A stretch of 64,000 nt of DNA, from NCBI GenBank assembly GCA_965112735.1, contig OZ218961.1, positions 1,364,001 to 1,428,000 on the forward strand. Direction: 5' to 3'. The notes under the pieces are model-generated. The model searched no databases. It was not told where the DNA came from and worked only from the letters and a program-made list of their open reading frames with translations. Below are positions 61,806 to 64,000 of this stretch, piece after piece. A program made the translations under genes and the position numbers. Every line of letters begins with the position of its first letter. Positions within the stretch are counted from its first letter, which is position 1. The DNA comes from Phaeosaccion multiseriatum. Taxonomy: Eukaryota; Protista; Ochrophyta, other classes.

Positions 61806-63926
61806 ATGAGGGCTTTCCAGGCTACCGGGATCCTCCGGAGACGGTGGCAGCAGCGGCTGCGGCGAGGATGGTCCACAAGCTTGGGCTCGGAGAGGAGGCG
61901 ACACTCTGGCAGAGAGCAGGGCGTCACAGAGCGCCGCGGCAAGAGGGTCGTGGTGGGAATGTCCGGTGGGGTAGACTCCTCCGTTGCCGCACTCCTGCTT
62001 CTACGTCAAGGAATGGATGTTGTCGGTCTACACATGCAAAACTGGGACAGGTCTGAGGAGGACGAGGAGGGGGAAGAGGAGGGAAGCAAGGGCCAAGAAG
62101 CCGGCAAAAGAGCAGGTGCTGCTGCCGAGGGAAGACCCAGAGGGGGGCCTGGAGTATGCACGACGGAGCGCGACGCGAACGATGCAGAGAAGGTGTGCGC
62201 CCACCTTGGCATCCCCTTCCACCGGGTGAACTTCGTCAAGGAGTATTGGAACGAGGTCTTCCAGCCAAGCCTAGAAGTCTTCCAAACCGGTACTGCCACC
62301 CCCAACCCCGACGTCTTGTGCAACCGCCACGTCAAGTTCAGCGCCTTTCGGACGTACGCGAGGGAGCGCCTCGGCGCAGACTTCATTGCCACTGGCCACT
62401 ACGCTCGGCTGTCTTCTGTCCCCGCGGAACACAATGCTCGACTGGGGAACGATGATGAGGGGCCATCCAAGCACAAGCACAGCATGATGATGATGGACGA
62501 GGAGGCCTCCGAGATGGCCGAGACAGCGGCAGCAGTTGGTGATACGGCAGACGCAGGACCCGGCTCTACTCCGAGCCGACTGCTTCTCCTCGCTGGAAAG
62601 GACCCGGCCAAGGACCAGAGCTACTTCCTCAGCGCGCTCTCTTCGGAGCAGCTGCAGGGTGTGCTATTCCCTCTCGGCGAGCTGCGCAAGGATCAGGTCA
62701 GTCTGTCCTCAGGGTCTTGCTTGGCTGACACGCGTTTCCGTAACTATGGACCCATTGTGTGGGTATCAACGATCTCAACCTCTTGCTTGACGGACAATCA
62801 TTCCTTGACTGACAATCATTCCTTGACGGACAATCATTCCTTAACTAATGACCCCTCTACATGAGTCGAAGGTCTAAACAGACTGTCTGACACTCAAACC
62901 CACACCATGCAGGTGAGGCAGCTGGCCAGAGAGGCACGTCTACCCACAGCCGCCAAGCGAGAGAGCATGGGCTTGTGCTTCGTGGGCAAGAGGCGTCGAT
63001 TCGCTGACTTCCTCGCGCTCTATCTGCCGCCGCAACCGGGGCCCTTCGTCAACATCGAAGACGGACGGCACATGGGCACACACCAAGGAGCACACCTGTA
63101 CACTATCGGACAGGCCGCGAAGCTGAGCGGCGCAGACCAGCGCTGGTTCGTGTGCCACAAAGAGGAGGCGAGCAGGGGAGGAATGAGTGGGACGGGAAGC
63201 GGGACGAGTGGTGGTGGTGGGGGTGGTGGCCAAGTAGTGTACATTTGCGCTGGATCGCAACACCCGTCTCTGTTCCACAGCGTGTTTGCGGCAGAGGCAA
63301 GTGCCTTCAGTTGGGTGGGAGGGGAGCCGCCAAAGGTTCTGACGCAGAGCCTGATGATACACAGCCCACCGGCACCGCACGAAGAGTCAAGCTCCGGAGT
63401 AAGCTCAGGGCCAGGGGAAGGGCAAGGGCGAGGGGCAGGGTCAGAGCCAGGGCCGGAGCCTGGGGGGGGAGCATGGCGAGGTGAGCTGCGCTGCCAGGTG
63501 CGAGTGCGACACAGACAGAGACCACGGCCCTGTGTGGTGCACATGCGCTGGTCAGGCTCGAGCTCGGGCCCCCGAGGGTGCGAGAGAGGTGGCAGGAAGG
63601 GCTTGAACGGTGACTCCTCCTCCTCCTCCTCCTCCTCCTCCTCCTCCTCCTCGATGCCGAAGCGGAAACCGCCACAGCTGCTCCTCGAGGTGCGGCTGGT
63701 GGGCGGGCCGGAGCGGGCGGTGACTCCCGGGCAGACGCTCGTGCTGTACGATGGGGATGTGTGTCTGGGTGGTGGGCCCGTGTTGAGAGTGGGGGAGGAG
63801 GGGGCGGCGGCGGTGATGCCCCAAAGGGGGGCTGTGCTACCCCAGGGGGAGGGTAGGCTGCCCCCGGGGAGGGATTTGCTGCCCCGGGGGGAGGATTTAC
63901 TTCCCCAGACCATGGCTTACGGTTGA
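61806..63926 (+). CDS. mnmA: tRNA-specific 2-thiouridylase MnmA/TRMU, predicted mitochondrial; intron 62697-62912
   Basis: VVVGMSGGVDSSVAA, MQNWD, PNPDVLCNRHVKF, IATGHYAR, KDQSYFL, ESMGLCFVGKR, YTIGQ, RAVTPGQTLVLYDGDVCLGGG; Arg-rich presequence. Confidence 0.96.
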
Positions 63927-64000
63927 GGAGCAGGGGCCTGAGAAGAGGGAGGAGGAGGGTGCTGTTTAGGTGCAGGCGACAGACAGACCGACCGACAGAC

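Overview
Eukaryotic nuclear DNA, most likely from an ochrophyte/stramenopile alga: GT-AG introns, and two genes with bipartite signal-peptide + Phe plastid presequences. Introns are packed with microsatellites. Spliced genes reconstructed by hand: a plastid SET/LSMT methyltransferase, a WW-WW-NELF-C/D fusion, a zincin peptidase, a WBP4-like U1 zinc finger, a type II membrane protein, a RING-H2 ligase, an HSF with a ~150-codon polyQ, plastid RimP and mitochondrial MnmA. Interleaved (5.2-8.1 kb and ~17.6-35.8 kb) is an intronless, heavily rearranged accessory zone. It holds two inverted PPR-SMR paralogues built from near-identical 105-bp repeats whose RNA-code residues (positions 5/35) are reshuffled, so the two predict different RNA targets. 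It also holds two F-box-like/FNIP paralogues built from near-identical 123-bp repeats with hypervariable codon patches. One PPR-SMR and one FNIP gene sit head-to-head. Around them are pseudogene debris, a 42-bp hairpin and a TIR/TSD-bounded element carrying a ~760-bp (GGGA)n tract. The best candidate for an undescribed system is this co-located pair of repeat-shuffling recognition modules (a putative programmable RNA nuclease and a variable protein binder). Two short DNA words (GTTGGTGRTAC, GATGGCAGTGGA) are also strongly over-represented independent of strand and reading frame. All family assignments come from recognised motifs; no database search was run.
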